Below are positions 9,812-19,172 of a stretch of DNA of 64,000 bases, piece by piece. The translations under genes were made by a program, and so were the position numbers. The notes under the pieces were generated by a model. That model searched no databases. It was not told the origin of the DNA and worked only from the letters and a program-made list of their open reading frames with translations. The first letter of the stretch is position 1, and every line of letters begins with the position of its first letter. The stretch comes from a virus, in IMG/VR virus record IMGVR_UViG_3300042896_000714, positions 1 to 64,000 of that record. One strand, given 5' to 3'.

Positions 9812-10078
9812 TTATTCTCCTACTGGAACAGCACTTGCTGTAGCTGCTTGTGCTTCTTGTTGCTTTTGTGCAGCTTCTAAGAATACAGTTAATTTGTCAA
9901 ATAGTGCACCAACTGACGATAGTTCATTTGCTTTAAATGCGCCACGGGTAGTTACGATATCAATAAGATTTCGCAAAGCTGCCAAGTCGGTAATTGTAAG
10001 ATTAGCTTCTGCTGGTGCAGTTGCTGGCATCACAGGTTGTGCTTGTTCCATAGTTTCGTTATTTACTTCTGTAGTCAT
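9812..10078 (-). CDS. Small helical protein (paralog of the next gene)
   Basis: LTITDL..L..LIDI...RGAFK..E...VG....KL..FL motif. Confidence 0.75.
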   Translation of the reverse strand: MTTEVNNETMEQAQPVMPATAPAEANLTITDLAALRNLIDIVTTRGAFKANELSSVGALFDKLTVFLEAAQKQQEAQAATASAVPVGE

Positions 10079-10287
10079 TATTTGGTTTCTCCTTGATTTT
10101 GTTGTTTAACTGATTCTAAAAATGCAATCAATTTGCTATATGTTTGTCCAACTACTACCATTTCGGTAGGTTTGAATGTTCCCCGTTGGCTTGCAATATC
10201 AATAATACTTTTCATTGCAACTAAGTCAGTCAATGTTAGTTGGGTTGCTTCTTGGGAAGGTGTGTCAACAGTGTTTTCTTCGCTCAT
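10078..10287 (-). CDS. Small helical protein (paralog of the previous gene)
   Basis: AAGGAG SD before ATG 10287; LTLTDL...IIDI...RGTFK..E..VG...KL..FL. Confidence 0.75.
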   Translation of the reverse strand: MSEENTVDTPSQEATQLTLTDLVAMKSIIDIASQRGTFKPTEMVVVGQTYSKLIAFLESVKQQNQGETK

Positions 10288-10328
10288 ATGTAAACTCCTT
10301 TTTATTATATATACGTTTAATGTTTTTG

Positions 10329-10607
10329 TTAGCTCAAATCCGGACATGCAAGTTTGAAGAAACTTAATTCTTTTTCTTGTTCGAATCCTATCCGAGTCGT
10401 AAATATGATTGTGTTATCTATGATATCAATATACTGCCCGATATAGTATCTTCCGTTAAGATTTTGCGATATCCAGAAATTTAGAGTATTTATAAAACTC
10501 GGCGTGTACTTTGGAATATTTGTGTATATAAAGTGGTGTGCTGGAAATTCTACTTTACGCAGTCCCAGCACATTTAACGGATTTATTTTGCCGTTTTTAA
10601 GAGCCAT
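10329..10607 (-). CDS. Hypothetical protein
   Basis: 92-aa ORF with a TAATG junction to the upstream gene. Confidence 0.65.
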   Translation of the reverse strand: MALKNGKINPLNVLGLRKVEFPAHHFIYTNIPKYTPSFINTLNFWISQNLNGRYYIGQYIDIIDNTIIFTTRIGFEQEKELSFFKLACPDLS

Positions 10608-11806
10608 TACTTGCTTTCATCGTAATAGGCAGTAATACCGAAAGGTGATACAATTGAGTTATTACCGTGAACAATAAACACTGTGTCACAGTAGTTTTCA
10701 TCACCCCAAGATCCCCATGGATAACCGTCAGTAAACATAATAAACTTTTTAGGGTTAATATCGTTATTCTTCATGTATGTCCAATTAACATCAAAATCGG
10801 TACCGCCACCACCCTTTGGTGCATATTGGGTAATATCATTACCGCCATGCGCATCAAAATCTTGCTCGTTATATACTTTAGTATCAAAGCACCACAATTT
10901 AATTTTATAATCTCGATACTCATCCATAATTCCTTTGATTTCACTAAGGAAGTCTAGTGCTTGTTTATCTGAAATAGAACCGGACATATCAATACTAATT
11001 GCAATATCAATAGTTTCATCAAATTGCATACCGGGCAAGATTGCTCCAGTATGCCAACCTTTACGTGACGGTCTTGAAAAGGAGTAATCATTACGCACTG
11101 TACTTTGAATTTGCTGACGCAGAATTTGGCGCCAGTTCATTTTAGGCTCAGTCAAATCTTTGATCATTCGTTGAATTTCACCTGGGGTGTTGCCTGCACC
11201 TGCCGCAGATGCTGCTGCAATTGTTGCTTCGCGCACCTCGTCTCGAATTTGTTTTAATTCATCTTTAGTGTATTGTGGCCGCCCGCCCCCGTTTTTATTA
11301 CCGGAACCATCACTGTCACCGTCACCACTTTCCCAATCAATATGTTCGTCAAGTAGTTGTCCTAACTGATCAAGATCTTTTCCGTCTTCTTCATCGTAGA
11401 TCTCATCATAAATTTGTTCAGAACTTTTGCCGTAATGTTTGGGATCATGATAGATTTTAATACCTTTGGGCTGGGTTCCAATGCGATCACGCACTAATAA
11501 TCCGTTAGTTGCGTAGTCAATAGCAGCGTTCCAAATCTTTGGATTACGCCCTTCTGTACGACCAATATGACCAAGAACGTTGTGCCAAATTTCGTGAGCA
11601 ACGACGAATTCAACTTCCTTGTTATCCATTTTACTAAGAAAATCGTGATTGTAAAATAGATTACGCCCATCAGTTGCAGCAGTTTTACACCAATCGGAGG
11701 CATCGACAACTTTTAATCGAGTTGCCATATTGCCAAAAAATGGATGACGAAGCAGCAGCCCAATGCGTGCTATTACAATTTTATCTACTACTGAATCAGT
11801 TGCCAT
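10607..11806 (-). CDS. Metallopeptidase + vWA domain protein (DUF2201-like)
   Basis: TAATDG, HEIWH zincin motif, acidic linker, DMSGS MIDAS, GGGGTDF, FTDGY. Confidence 0.85.
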   Translation of the reverse strand: MATDSVVDKIVIARIGLLLRHPFFGNMATRLKVVDASDWCKTAATDGRNLFYNHDFLSKMDNKEVEFVVAHEIWHNVLGHIGRTEGRNPKIWNAAIDYATNGLLVRDRIGTQPKGIKIYHDPKHYGKSSEQIYDEIYDEEDGKDLDQLGQLLDEHIDWESGDGDSDGSGNKNGGGRPQYTKDELKQIRDEVREATIAAASAAGAGNTPGEIQRMIKDLTEPKMNWRQILRQQIQSTVRNDYSFSRPSRKGWHTGAILPGMQFDETIDIAISIDMSGSISDKQALDFLSEIKGIMDEYRDYKIKLWCFDTKVYNEQDFDAHGGNDITQYAPKGGGGTDFDVNWTYMKNNDINPKKFIMFTDGYPWGSWGDENYCDTVFIVHGNNSIVSPFGITAYYDESK

Positions 11807-11837
11807 TTTAAATCCTTGCAAGTTGTGTTATGTGTAT

Positions 11838-11866
11838 ATTATAACAGGGCCCGTAGGCCCTGTCAA
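11838..11866 (-). promoter_or_regulatory. Consensus sigma70 promoter with a GC hairpin as spacer
   Basis: TTGACA-17-TATAAT; the spacer forms ACAGGGCC-cgta-GGCCCTGT. Confidence 0.8.
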
Positions 11867-11883
11867 ATGTTTTCAGCTAGTGT

Positions 11884-12975
11884 TTAGCGGCGGTCAGTAG
11901 CTGCGGCAATGTATTTGCCGTACTTGGCGTGGAAGTCATCAAAGCACTTAATTTCATCTGGATCCAACGGCAATTGATATTGAGTCAATGCAAGCTTAGT
12001 TCCCATAACAACCAACTCAGTTTCAAAATTGTCCATAATGAACTGGAAGAAGTTATTAACTTGATTGTTCCAATCCTTTGCCTTCTTATCACAAGCGTCT
12101 TTAAGTTCGTAGCACAAGCTAACAGTCAAAGAATACATTGCGCTAATTTCCTTTGTATCCATCTTTTTAACCTTGCCTGACAAGATGTCAGTTGGGTTGG
12201 GCAGCTTGGAAGCAATTCTGCGGTGTGCCATAAACTTAATAGCCAATCCTTCGCCAATTGCACCAGAGGTCAAATCAGCCAATGTGCCTTCGTCGTCTTC
12301 ATCATCAGCCAACAGTTCAGAAACAAAACACCAGCTACGTGGAGTAGCAAACGCTTTGGAACCACTGCGCGGATCAAAATCATACAAATCCTTCTTGGAG
12401 AAGGTTAAGAAACCAACAACATCTTGGTGAATGCGGTTATCAGCAGCCCAAGTAAACCAGTCATCCCAGTTAACGGCCATTTCCAAGTGAACAAAGCGAT
12501 TTGCAAGCGGAGCAGGCATCCGGTATGTAACACCTTTATCAGCTTCACGGTTACCAGCAGCAACAATCAGAACATTGTCTGGCAGTTTGTAAGTACCAAC
12601 TCGACGATTTAACACTAGCTGATAAGCAGCCGCTTGCACGGCAGGTGCAGCAGAATTCATTTCATCAAGAAACAAAATAATTTTTTCATGGTGCGATGCA
12701 AATGCTTCATCAGGCAATTCAATTGGGGGAGCCCAATTCATGCAACCTGTGTTGGAGTCAAAATATGGAATACCTTTGATGTCTGTAGGTTCCCACAATG
12801 ACAAACGGATATCAATAACATGCGCCCCAATATCTTCACCAATTTGTTTAACTACATCGGATTTGCCAATGCCTGGAGGACCCCAAACAAAGATAGGACG
12901 TTTAGCTTTGAATGCACGACGGATGGCTTTTTTAGCGGCTTTTGGACCAACGGTGCGTGAAATGATTTCGCTCAT
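11884..12975 (-). CDS. MoxR-like AAA+ ATPase
   Basis: Walker A GPPGIGKS, Walker B LFLDE, AAGN, LANRF, TPRSW; adjacent to the vWA gene. Confidence 0.88.
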   Translation of the reverse strand: MSEIISRTVGPKAAKKAIRRAFKAKRPIFVWGPPGIGKSDVVKQIGEDIGAHVIDIRLSLWEPTDIKGIPYFDSNTGCMNWAPPIELPDEAFASHHEKIILFLDEMNSAAPAVQAAAYQLVLNRRVGTYKLPDNVLIVAAGNREADKGVTYRMPAPLANRFVHLEMAVNWDDWFTWAADNRIHQDVVGFLTFSKKDLYDFDPRSGSKAFATPRSWCFVSELLADDEDDEGTLADLTSGAIGEGLAIKFMAHRRIASKLPNPTDILSGKVKKMDTKEISAMYSLTVSLCYELKDACDKKAKDWNNQVNNFFQFIMDNFETELVVMGTKLALTQYQLPLDPDEIKCFDDFHAKYGKYIAAATDRR

Positions 12976-13024
12976 ATAAAATTCTCCAAGTTTAAAAGTG
13001 TGTAATGTTTGCTGCCTAGTCTTA

Positions 13025-13053
13025 ATTATAAGGCAATTTACACACTACGTCAA
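13025..13053 (-). promoter_or_regulatory. Sigma70-like promoter
   Basis: TTGACG-17-TATAAT upstream of the AAA gene. Confidence 0.75.
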
Positions 13054-13059
13054 GGGATT

Positions 13060-13455
13060 CTATGATGGATTTTCTTTATCTAGGGCATTCATGGCTTTGA
13101 CTAACCCGTATTTCCGAATATCATCGGAAAACAGATGTAGTTCAAAAGCTCTTTTTTCAGAAAATACAGTAATACTTTTGTAAGTCAAGTAGTACGGACA
13201 GTCCATGTATCTATCAAAGAAGATAATGATCTGCGGGCTAAGATCAATAGGCTCACTAAATGGAACCTCGTGTTCTTGTAGCAAAACTTCGGATACTAGA
13301 AATTCGTACCCTTTGTCACTTAGTCGTAATCCACCATTTTGTTTGGTTCTACGGCTTTGCCAAATTGTGTCCATGTGTACTTTTAGATTGGCATCATTGA
13401 CACTACGGCCTAAATTGGTAAGAAATATTTTAGTATAAGTTTCTCTTGATATCAT
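13060..13455 (-). CDS. Hypothetical protein
   Basis: 131-aa ORF with ATGA overlap. Confidence 0.7.
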   Translation of the reverse strand: MISRETYTKIFLTNLGRSVNDANLKVHMDTIWQSRRTKQNGGLRLSDKGYEFLVSEVLLQEHEVPFSEPIDLSPQIIIFFDRYMDCPYYLTYKSITVFSEKRAFELHLFSDDIRKYGLVKAMNALDKENPS

Positions 13456-13736
13456 TTCATTATTTCACCAACTGTTAATTTAACAACTTGAAAGTGTGTA
13501 CAGTTAAACAGTTTATTGAGCTTTTTTGCTAGATTGGTTGCGTGACCCTGGTTGCTAAATGACACTTTTTTGTATTTAGGACCAGGGTAACTCATTAAAC
13601 TATTAAAGCTTTTAAGATTGAATGGTTGATTTTTATAAAAGACAGCCCAAATTGCAACGGCTTCTAAAATTTGTTCCGTTTTATAATTCTTGGTATCAGT
13701 AAATTCTAATAATATTTTTGGTTTTGGCCGACTCAT
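13452..13736 (-). CDS. Hypothetical protein
   Basis: MSRPKP start; preceded by a TAAATA late-promoter-like motif. Confidence 0.7.
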   Translation of the reverse strand: MSRPKPKILLEFTDTKNYKTEQILEAVAIWAVFYKNQPFNLKSFNSLMSYPGPKYKKVSFSNQGHATNLAKKLNKLFNCTHFQVVKLTVGEIMK

Positions 13737-13785
13737 GATATGTGGGGTCTTTCTATAACTACACATATATTTATCTTAAACCAGT

Positions 13786-14019
13786 TTAGAGAGTACCACC
13801 GTCCATTTGAACACTAATATCAGAAGCACTTTGGCTTGCTAATAATTCAGACATTAGTTTGCTGTAATCTTCCAGCAATTTGGCACTAACATCAGCCAAG
13901 CAATACACAAGGGCCTTTGCCTCTTTAATAGTCAATCTAACTTCTTTTTGTTGAGTCAAATCGGCACTTTTTACTTGCTGTATGAATGATTGAATAGGGA
14001 TTGTATTAATTGGATTCAT
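13786..14019 (-). CDS. Hypothetical protein
   Basis: 77-aa ORF in the operon. Confidence 0.65.
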   Translation of the reverse strand: MNPINTIPIQSFIQQVKSADLTQQKEVRLTIKEAKALVYCLADVSAKLLEDYSKLMSELLASQSASDISVQMDGGTL

Positions 14020-14024
14020 ACTAG

Positions 14025-14498
14025 TTAATCGGATTTAGCATTTGATAACGCCTGTTTCATTTCTAGATCTGATTTGAATGGTCCGCGATACGCATTTCGT
14101 TCAATAGTAATTAGTTTAGGGCAAAAGCTTTTGAACCACCCTTTATTGAATCGAATAATATAGTAACCAGCACAGTATACACTTTTACTTTCTGGGCTCT
14201 TTGTAAAAAGCGGGAGCTTCTTTTGCACGTTGTACATTGGATTGCACGGTACTTTACTAGTCGGATAACTGTGAACCTCCCATTTCTCTTCTTGGCTAAT
14301 ACTTGTTTTGATTTTAGAACCAAAAAAGTCTCGGCCAAATGCTTTAATTAACTCTTCTTTCTTTCCAAAGAAAGATTCACCACCTTTGGCACTCAACATA
14401 AACTTATTATTTTCTTTTTTATGTAGCGTGCCTACTTTTTCACCGTTTTGTTCAACGATCCAAAATTTATCATCAACAATTGGTTTTGCGTGTATCAT
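14025..14498 (-). CDS. Hypothetical protein
   Basis: 157-aa ORF with CAGYY and FCPK motifs. Confidence 0.7.
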   Translation of the reverse strand: MIHAKPIVDDKFWIVEQNGEKVGTLHKKENNKFMLSAKGGESFFGKKEELIKAFGRDFFGSKIKTSISQEEKWEVHSYPTSKVPCNPMYNVQKKLPLFTKSPESKSVYCAGYYIIRFNKGWFKSFCPKLITIERNAYRGPFKSDLEMKQALSNAKSD

Positions 14499-14566
14499 AT
14501 ATGTATTATTCTTTCACATTCATTAGTTTTTATTTCGCAGGTTTCAAAATACTTGTATGCCTTCAT
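14495..14566 (-). CDS. 23-aa micro-ORF coupled to both neighbours
   Basis: MKAYKYFETCEIKTNECERIIHI; ATGA overlaps at both ends. Confidence 0.35.
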   Translation of the reverse strand: MKAYKYFETCEIKTNECERIIHI

Positions 14567-15585
14567 TCAACAGTTTGTGTTAGCTTGCGCCAAGTCACAT
14601 CTTGCGTTGGAAATTTTGCCTGAAATGGATCGGCATAATGCTGGATGTTTTCAATGATACGTTTCATATCGTATAAGTTACAAAACTTCATTAGCCTAAG
14701 TCCAACTTGATCCACCGTCTTTGGTACTGCGCCTACATCGATAGTTTCATTAATTAATTTCCTAATCTCTTCAGGCTGTGCCCGGAGATCAATTAATGTT
14801 CTATTGCGTTCATAATCGTCAAGTACCCGATGCTCTTTACCCTCGTGATCAGCCCATCTCTGCAACATAAGGTTATTCCAACTATATCCTTTTGATAACC
14901 TATCTTCAAATGCATCAGCTAATCCAACTTTATTCTTAGTTCCTTTGGTGCGTACCCCTGGATACGCACTGAATACGTTATCACTAGTATCTCCACGGAT
15001 GCATTTTTCAAAAAGCAGCCACTCGGGATTTGGGACAGCTTTTGGTTCACCAGTCTTGTTATCCTTGACTATGTTTCCTTTTTTATCAAGGATGCCGTTG
15101 ATGGTATGAGTTTCTTCACTGATACCATTGTATTGCCTAACAGTTGGGGATAACAATTGATAAAAATCGCTATCGCTACTAATGATAACATGCTGGCTAC
15201 TAGGATGCATTTGTATAAACCCGCCAATAAGATCATCTGCTTCTAATTGCGGATGCTGCAACACTGTGCAGTTAGATTTTTCTGTTACGAAATCCTTAAA
15301 CGCATCGAAGGTTTCCCAAAACAGTTTATCTTCTTCTTCCTCTTTAACAGTCATGGCAGCTCGAGTTTCTGCTCGATTTGCTTTATACGGTTTATAAAAA
15401 CTTTTACGCCAAGATCTGCCCTCAAGACAGAATACGACATGCTTGCCGTCAAAATCTTGCCATGCTTTTTTAATACTATTGAACATGATATGTAATGCCA
15501 TGCCCACTTTGATATCGGCATCACCACGTACAACGTGTCGCGCCCTAAAAAACATATTAGCACTGTCAACAATAATGTATGTCAT
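14563..15585 (-). CDS. rnh: 5'-3' exonuclease / T4-type RNase H (flap endonuclease family)
   Basis: IIVD, YKANR, EADD, SSDSDFYQL, GDTSDN motifs. Confidence 0.9.
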   Translation of the reverse strand: MTYIIVDSANMFFRARHVVRGDADIKVGMALHIMFNSIKKAWQDFDGKHVVFCLEGRSWRKSFYKPYKANRAETRAAMTVKEEEEDKLFWETFDAFKDFVTEKSNCTVLQHPQLEADDLIGGFIQMHPSSQHVIISSDSDFYQLLSPTVRQYNGISEETHTINGILDKKGNIVKDNKTGEPKAVPNPEWLLFEKCIRGDTSDNVFSAYPGVRTKGTKNKVGLADAFEDRLSKGYSWNNLMLQRWADHEGKEHRVLDDYERNRTLIDLRAQPEEIRKLINETIDVGAVPKTVDQVGLRLMKFCNLYDMKRIIENIQHYADPFQAKFPTQDVTWRKLTQTVE

Positions 15586-16067
15586 GAAACTTCTGACTTT
15601 CCTTTTGAAATTGGGGTAACGTTGATATAGCCAGCTCCTCTAGAGGTATCCATTCCTTCTTCAGCTAACATATTGCGAACAATATCGCGAAACCATCTAT
15701 CTACAATGCCTTCAGGTAAATCTCCATCAAATCCATATCCAGCTTGTTTTAGTTGAATTATAAATTCTTCATTCCAATCCATTTCAAAAAATCCATTACG
15801 GATATTTTCTTTATTGACGTGCGTTTCTAAAACACTAATCCAAGGTTCACCACGGGCAGTAGCACGTTCCTTTGGAGTTAATTTAGCAGCCGCGGCATCT
15901 TTAACTGCCTTTGTAGTGGCAGCTTCTGCAACAGTCCGTAATTCGTTTGCTTCAGCAACTGCTTCATTTGCTTCTTTAGCTAGCCTAATAGACTCAGCGG
16001 CTTCTGCAATTGCAGTGGCTTTGACCTTATCAAGTCCAGTAACTTTCTCAATCCAACCTTTAATCAT
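15582..16067 (-). CDS. Hypothetical protein
   Basis: 161-aa ORF with AAGGA SD. Confidence 0.7.
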   Translation of the reverse strand: MIKGWIEKVTGLDKVKATAIAEAAESIRLAKEANEAVAEANELRTVAEAATTKAVKDAAAAKLTPKERATARGEPWISVLETHVNKENIRNGFFEMDWNEEFIIQLKQAGYGFDGDLPEGIVDRWFRDIVRNMLAEEGMDTSRGAGYINVTPISKGKSEVS

Positions 16068-16093
16068 TTTAATTCCTTTATATCATGTGTTGA

Positions 16094-16318
16094 TTACTTA
16101 CGATCCCAATCCTGATCAGTTTGCCAATAATGCTCGCAGTCCGGACATTTATGTTCAGTCCAATAACTATCTGCGGATGGATCGTAGTTACCGGTGTTCG
16201 CTTTGTTAGTATGGGTCGCGTTCGGATGGGTGCAAAGAGTCTGCAAGTCTTCGATATCTTTACACAGCTTTAGCATCCGTTTCTTAAGCGCAGCGCGTTT
16301 GGTTTTAATATCTGTCAT
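16094..16318 (-). CDS. Small Cys/His (zinc-binding?) protein
   Basis: CTH...CPDC; ATGA overlap with queE. Confidence 0.6.
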   Translation of the reverse strand: MTDIKTKRAALKKRMLKLCKDIEDLQTLCTHPNATHTNKANTGNYDPSADSYWTEHKCPDCEHYWQTDQDWDRK

Positions 16319-17187
16319 GCCAAGCTCGCAAACAAGTGCATCTGCATCTGCATTTTAAATCCGTGCTGCATACAGTATTGACCGACATATTTGTGATTAG
16401 CTTCGTTAGACGCCATGTTTAACAACCCCGGGGCCCACCATGAAATTACTTCATCTACTGTGGATCGCTCTGCCATTGTAATCACGCCCTTTTCTGCGCG
16501 AAGCAGTTTGATCTGCTGCGGCATCTCGTTGTAGATATTCATCGGACTGCAGTAGATGTCTTTGCCAGTCTTTGCTTTCCAGTCATGTGCCCATTGTGGT
16601 ACTGTGTTATATGGAGATTCAGGATCGGCGCTCATTACAAATTTCAAACAATCAGCACGGTCCAGGATAGTTTTGCTCGGCGAGAAATACTTGGTAGCAA
16701 TCCCGTTCTTTTCCATGCATTTAGGCGAGCAAACGAGCGTGACGCCTTCCGGCACTACTGTATCTGGAATACCGTTGCTTTCAACTTGTACTGCTTTGAA
16801 GTTGGATAGTTGCTTCTGCATAAAAGCAGAGATGTTTTCTTGCAGCAACGGTTCGCCACCTGTCATGACAAGTACGATGCCTGGGTGTTTGCGCTCTTTG
16901 TCGATAGCCCACAATGGAGTTACATTACCTTGATCCTTCCAATGCCCCTCGATAGTGTCGTACATCTGCTTATTAATTTGAGCAAACGTCATCCAATCAC
17001 CGTCGTCGAAGAACGTGTCGCAGAAGGAGCAATCCAAATTGCATTTTGCAAGACGAATAAACAACGCCGGCAAGCCCGCATACGGGCCTTCTCCCTGAAG
17101 CGTAAAGAACATACTTGTTACGAACAAGCTGTCTGCTGGCGCATCCCGAAAAAATTTCTTGCCGATCACCTGGTTAGTTCCGAACAT
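16315..17187 (-). CDS. queE: 7-carboxy-7-deazaguanine synthase (radical SAM)
   Basis: FFTLQGEGPYAG, FIRLAKCNLDCSFCDT (CxxxCxxC), TGGEPLLQ, VESNG, CSPK, C-terminal QMH. Confidence 0.88.
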   Translation of the reverse strand: MFGTNQVIGKKFFRDAPADSLFVTSMFFTLQGEGPYAGLPALFIRLAKCNLDCSFCDTFFDDGDWMTFAQINKQMYDTIEGHWKDQGNVTPLWAIDKERKHPGIVLVMTGGEPLLQENISAFMQKQLSNFKAVQVESNGIPDTVVPEGVTLVCSPKCMEKNGIATKYFSPSKTILDRADCLKFVMSADPESPYNTVPQWAHDWKAKTGKDIYCSPMNIYNEMPQQIKLLRAEKGVITMAERSTVDEVISWWAPGLLNMASNEANHKYVGQYCMQHGFKMQMQMHLFASLA

Positions 17188-17260
17188 GTTTATATCCTTG
17201 TTTAAAAGTTCTGCCTTTGCTCCATCCTTCTGGGATGATAGCATCTTTCTTAGTTTTCAT
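17174..17260 (-). pseudogene. Possible C-terminal remnant of a homing endonuclease (28 aa)
   Basis: MKTKKDAIIPEGWSKGRTFKQGYKHVRN; PxGWxKGR is a common tail motif of phage endonucleases. Confidence 0.35.
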
Positions 17261-17453
17261 ATTTGTTTTTCCTTTTAGGCAATCCTGCTAGCCGAACCAT
17301 TTCAGCAATCTCTGGATCTTTCATTGCCTGCTTAATACGTCTGCTGCTCTTATAATCGTAGTAGTATTGCATTGGGATATCAATCAATACACGGATCCAC
17401 AACAACGGACCTAACCACAAAATATGCCAGCCAAATTTTGGATCAGGTTTCAT
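17250..17453 (-). CDS. Hypothetical small protein
   Basis: 67 aa with a hydrophobic N-terminal segment. Confidence 0.55.
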   Translation of the reverse strand: MKPDPKFGWHILWLGPLLWIRVLIDIPMQYYYDYKSSRRIKQAMKDPEIAEMVRLAGLPKRKNKYEN

Positions 17454-17670
17454 TTCGCATCTTTTTCAATTCAGCAACAGAGTCTACTGGCGCTTTGCCG
17501 TGATAGAAGCTTGATCTTAATTTAGTCCATTCTTCATGAGTAGGTAGCGCAATCTTATCCCAACCGCAGACGACTCCTACCCACTCTGTCCAAAGCCTAG
17601 ATTCAACTTGCGGGTTTTGTTGTAGGTACTGCGCGTTCTGTTCTTCAGGGGTTAGTTCATCGTCCCACAT
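17443..17670 (-). CDS. Hypothetical protein
   Basis: 75-aa ORF overlapping its neighbours. Confidence 0.6.
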   Translation of the reverse strand: MWDDELTPEEQNAQYLQQNPQVESRLWTEWVGVVCGWDKIALPTHEEWTKLRSSFYHGKAPVDSVAELKKMRNET

Positions 17671-18004
17671 TATTTTTCTTCTTTCTAAATTCTTCTACAT
17701 CATTAATTGCACTTTTTAATGTCTCCGCGTAGTTGAATGCTTGCTGCTTAGACATAATAATACTTGCTTCGTATTCGATATATCCCTTAGTCAGCAGAGT
17801 CCAAATAGCAGCCCAACGAGTTTTACTCCACCAGTTAGTTTTTTGCGTGGTATACGTAGTGACGCTAATTCCAGTATCTTCTGCCTCAATCCATACTGTA
17901 TGACTACAATCGTCACATTGGCAATCACAGGAAATCTTGTAGGTCTTTGCATCACCGTAATCACGTTGGGATAAAATTCCTTCTGCTGGCTTTTGAGATT
18001 CCAT
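17657..18004 (-). CDS. Hypothetical protein
   Basis: 115 aa with a CDCQCDDCSH cluster. Confidence 0.65.
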   Translation of the reverse strand: MESQKPAEGILSQRDYGDAKTYKISCDCQCDDCSHTVWIEAEDTGISVTTYTTQKTNWWSKTRWAAIWTLLTKGYIEYEASIIMSKQQAFNYAETLKSAINDVEEFRKKKNNVGR

Positions 18005-18303
18005 TAGTTCTTTAAACTTTCTAATGTCGCAATCTTGCTAATTCGAGTGCCGAAATCTTCATCACCTGGGATCACATATACTGTATGATCACTACGATCA
18101 GTTCTTCGATCATACCGGCGGAATTCTACAACTTTACCTCCGACAGCGCTGTATATAGTAAACGTCATAGTAGGCTCACTATTTAAAGTGCCACCACCGA
18201 CCATTGCATTTTTTGCAATAGGACTGCCATAAGGATCGTCCCCGCCAGCCGCAGGTTCATAGTCCATAATCCATTTTCTAAATTTTCGTTTAAACCAATT
18301 CAT
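18004..18303 (-). CDS. Hypothetical protein
   Basis: 99-aa ORF with a TAATG junction. Confidence 0.65.
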   Translation of the reverse strand: MNWFKRKFRKWIMDYEPAAGGDDPYGSPIAKNAMVGGGTLNSEPTMTFTIYSAVGGKVVEFRRYDRRTDRSDHTVYVIPGDEDFGTRISKIATLESLKN

Positions 18304-18427
18304 ATTCTTCCTTGTTACTAAACACTATGTGATATTTTGACTTCGGATACGAGTGTTGCAACCATTCAATCATACCTTCTTCATAAGGCAAATTAACTGA
18401 TGCATCCCAGTTAGTGATATATTTCAA
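18290..18427 (-). CDS. 45-aa hypothetical protein (not in the ORF track)
   Basis: TTG start overlapping the folE stop; MKYITNWDASVNLPYEEGMIEWLQHSYPKSKYHIVFSNKEEYELV fills the gap. Confidence 0.5.
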   Translation of the reverse strand: MKYITNWDASVNLPYEEGMIEWLQHSYPKSKYHIVFSNKEEYELV

Positions 18428-19122
18428 CGATGTGCCCAGTCTTGCTGTAGTTGAATATTATCAAAGAATTCCTTCTTTGTACCTGGGTCGTTATTAAACG
18501 CGCCTTTAAGCACTGTGGTTTGTGTTAACGAACTGTGCGCCATGATTCCTCTGTTTTCGCAGCACCCATGGGTAGCTTGGATATAAACAGCTACATTTTC
18601 ACTGACGGTTGCTTTTTGTATTTCACGAGCAATGTCATTGCATAGTTCTTCTTGTAGAGTTCCTCGACGGGAACACCACTGTGCAATGCGAGTGTACTTA
18701 CTTAACCCAATGAGCTTTTCAGAAGCAATGACGCCAATGTACGCAACCCCAGTAACTGGCTGGTGATGATGTGAGCACATTGATTTAATCTCACTACGAA
18801 CTACTAGCATACCTTCGTATCGATCTTTGCTATCATTTGGGAATGCCGTAGCATCTGGTGGTAGATCATATCGGCCACTCATGATTTCATAAACATACAT
18901 CTTAGCGAGACGCTTTGCAGTGCCTTTGCTATTAGGATCGTTTTCAGTATCGATAATTAAACTTTGAAGTACGCCTTCAAATTTATCAGCAATCTCATCA
19001 ACTAGTTCATTTTTTTCATCATTACTAATATATTCACTAATATTATCCCCAGCCCAAAATCTACCATTATGCTGCTTGATACGATCACGAATAATTTGTG
19101 ATAAGTTTTTTCCTTCGTCCAT
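18424..19122 (-). CDS. folE: GTP cyclohydrolase I
   Basis: TAKRLAKMY, SMCSHHHQP, IGLSKYTRI, LQEEL, HGCCENRG; GGAG SD before ATG 19122. Confidence 0.92.
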   Translation of the reverse strand: MDEGKNLSQIIRDRIKQHNGRFWAGDNISEYISNDEKNELVDEIADKFEGVLQSLIIDTENDPNSKGTAKRLAKMYVYEIMSGRYDLPPDATAFPNDSKDRYEGMLVVRSEIKSMCSHHHQPVTGVAYIGVIASEKLIGLSKYTRIAQWCSRRGTLQEELCNDIAREIQKATVSENVAVYIQATHGCCENRGIMAHSSLTQTTVLKGAFNNDPGTKKEFFDNIQLQQDWAHR

Positions 19123-19143
19123 TTGTTCTCCAATGTTTCTTAT

Positions 19144-19172
19144 ATTATACACTACTATTTAGATAATTGCAA
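19144..19172 (-). promoter_or_regulatory. Sigma70-like promoter with a nested TAAATA motif, for folE
   Basis: TTGCAA-17-TATAAT; the spacer contains TAAATA. Confidence 0.55.

Noticed and set aside
16094-17250. queE region as a higher-GC recently acquired island
   Set aside because: It looks somewhat GC-richer by eye, but similar lines occur in core genes; this cannot be supported without a sliding-window or codon-usage computation
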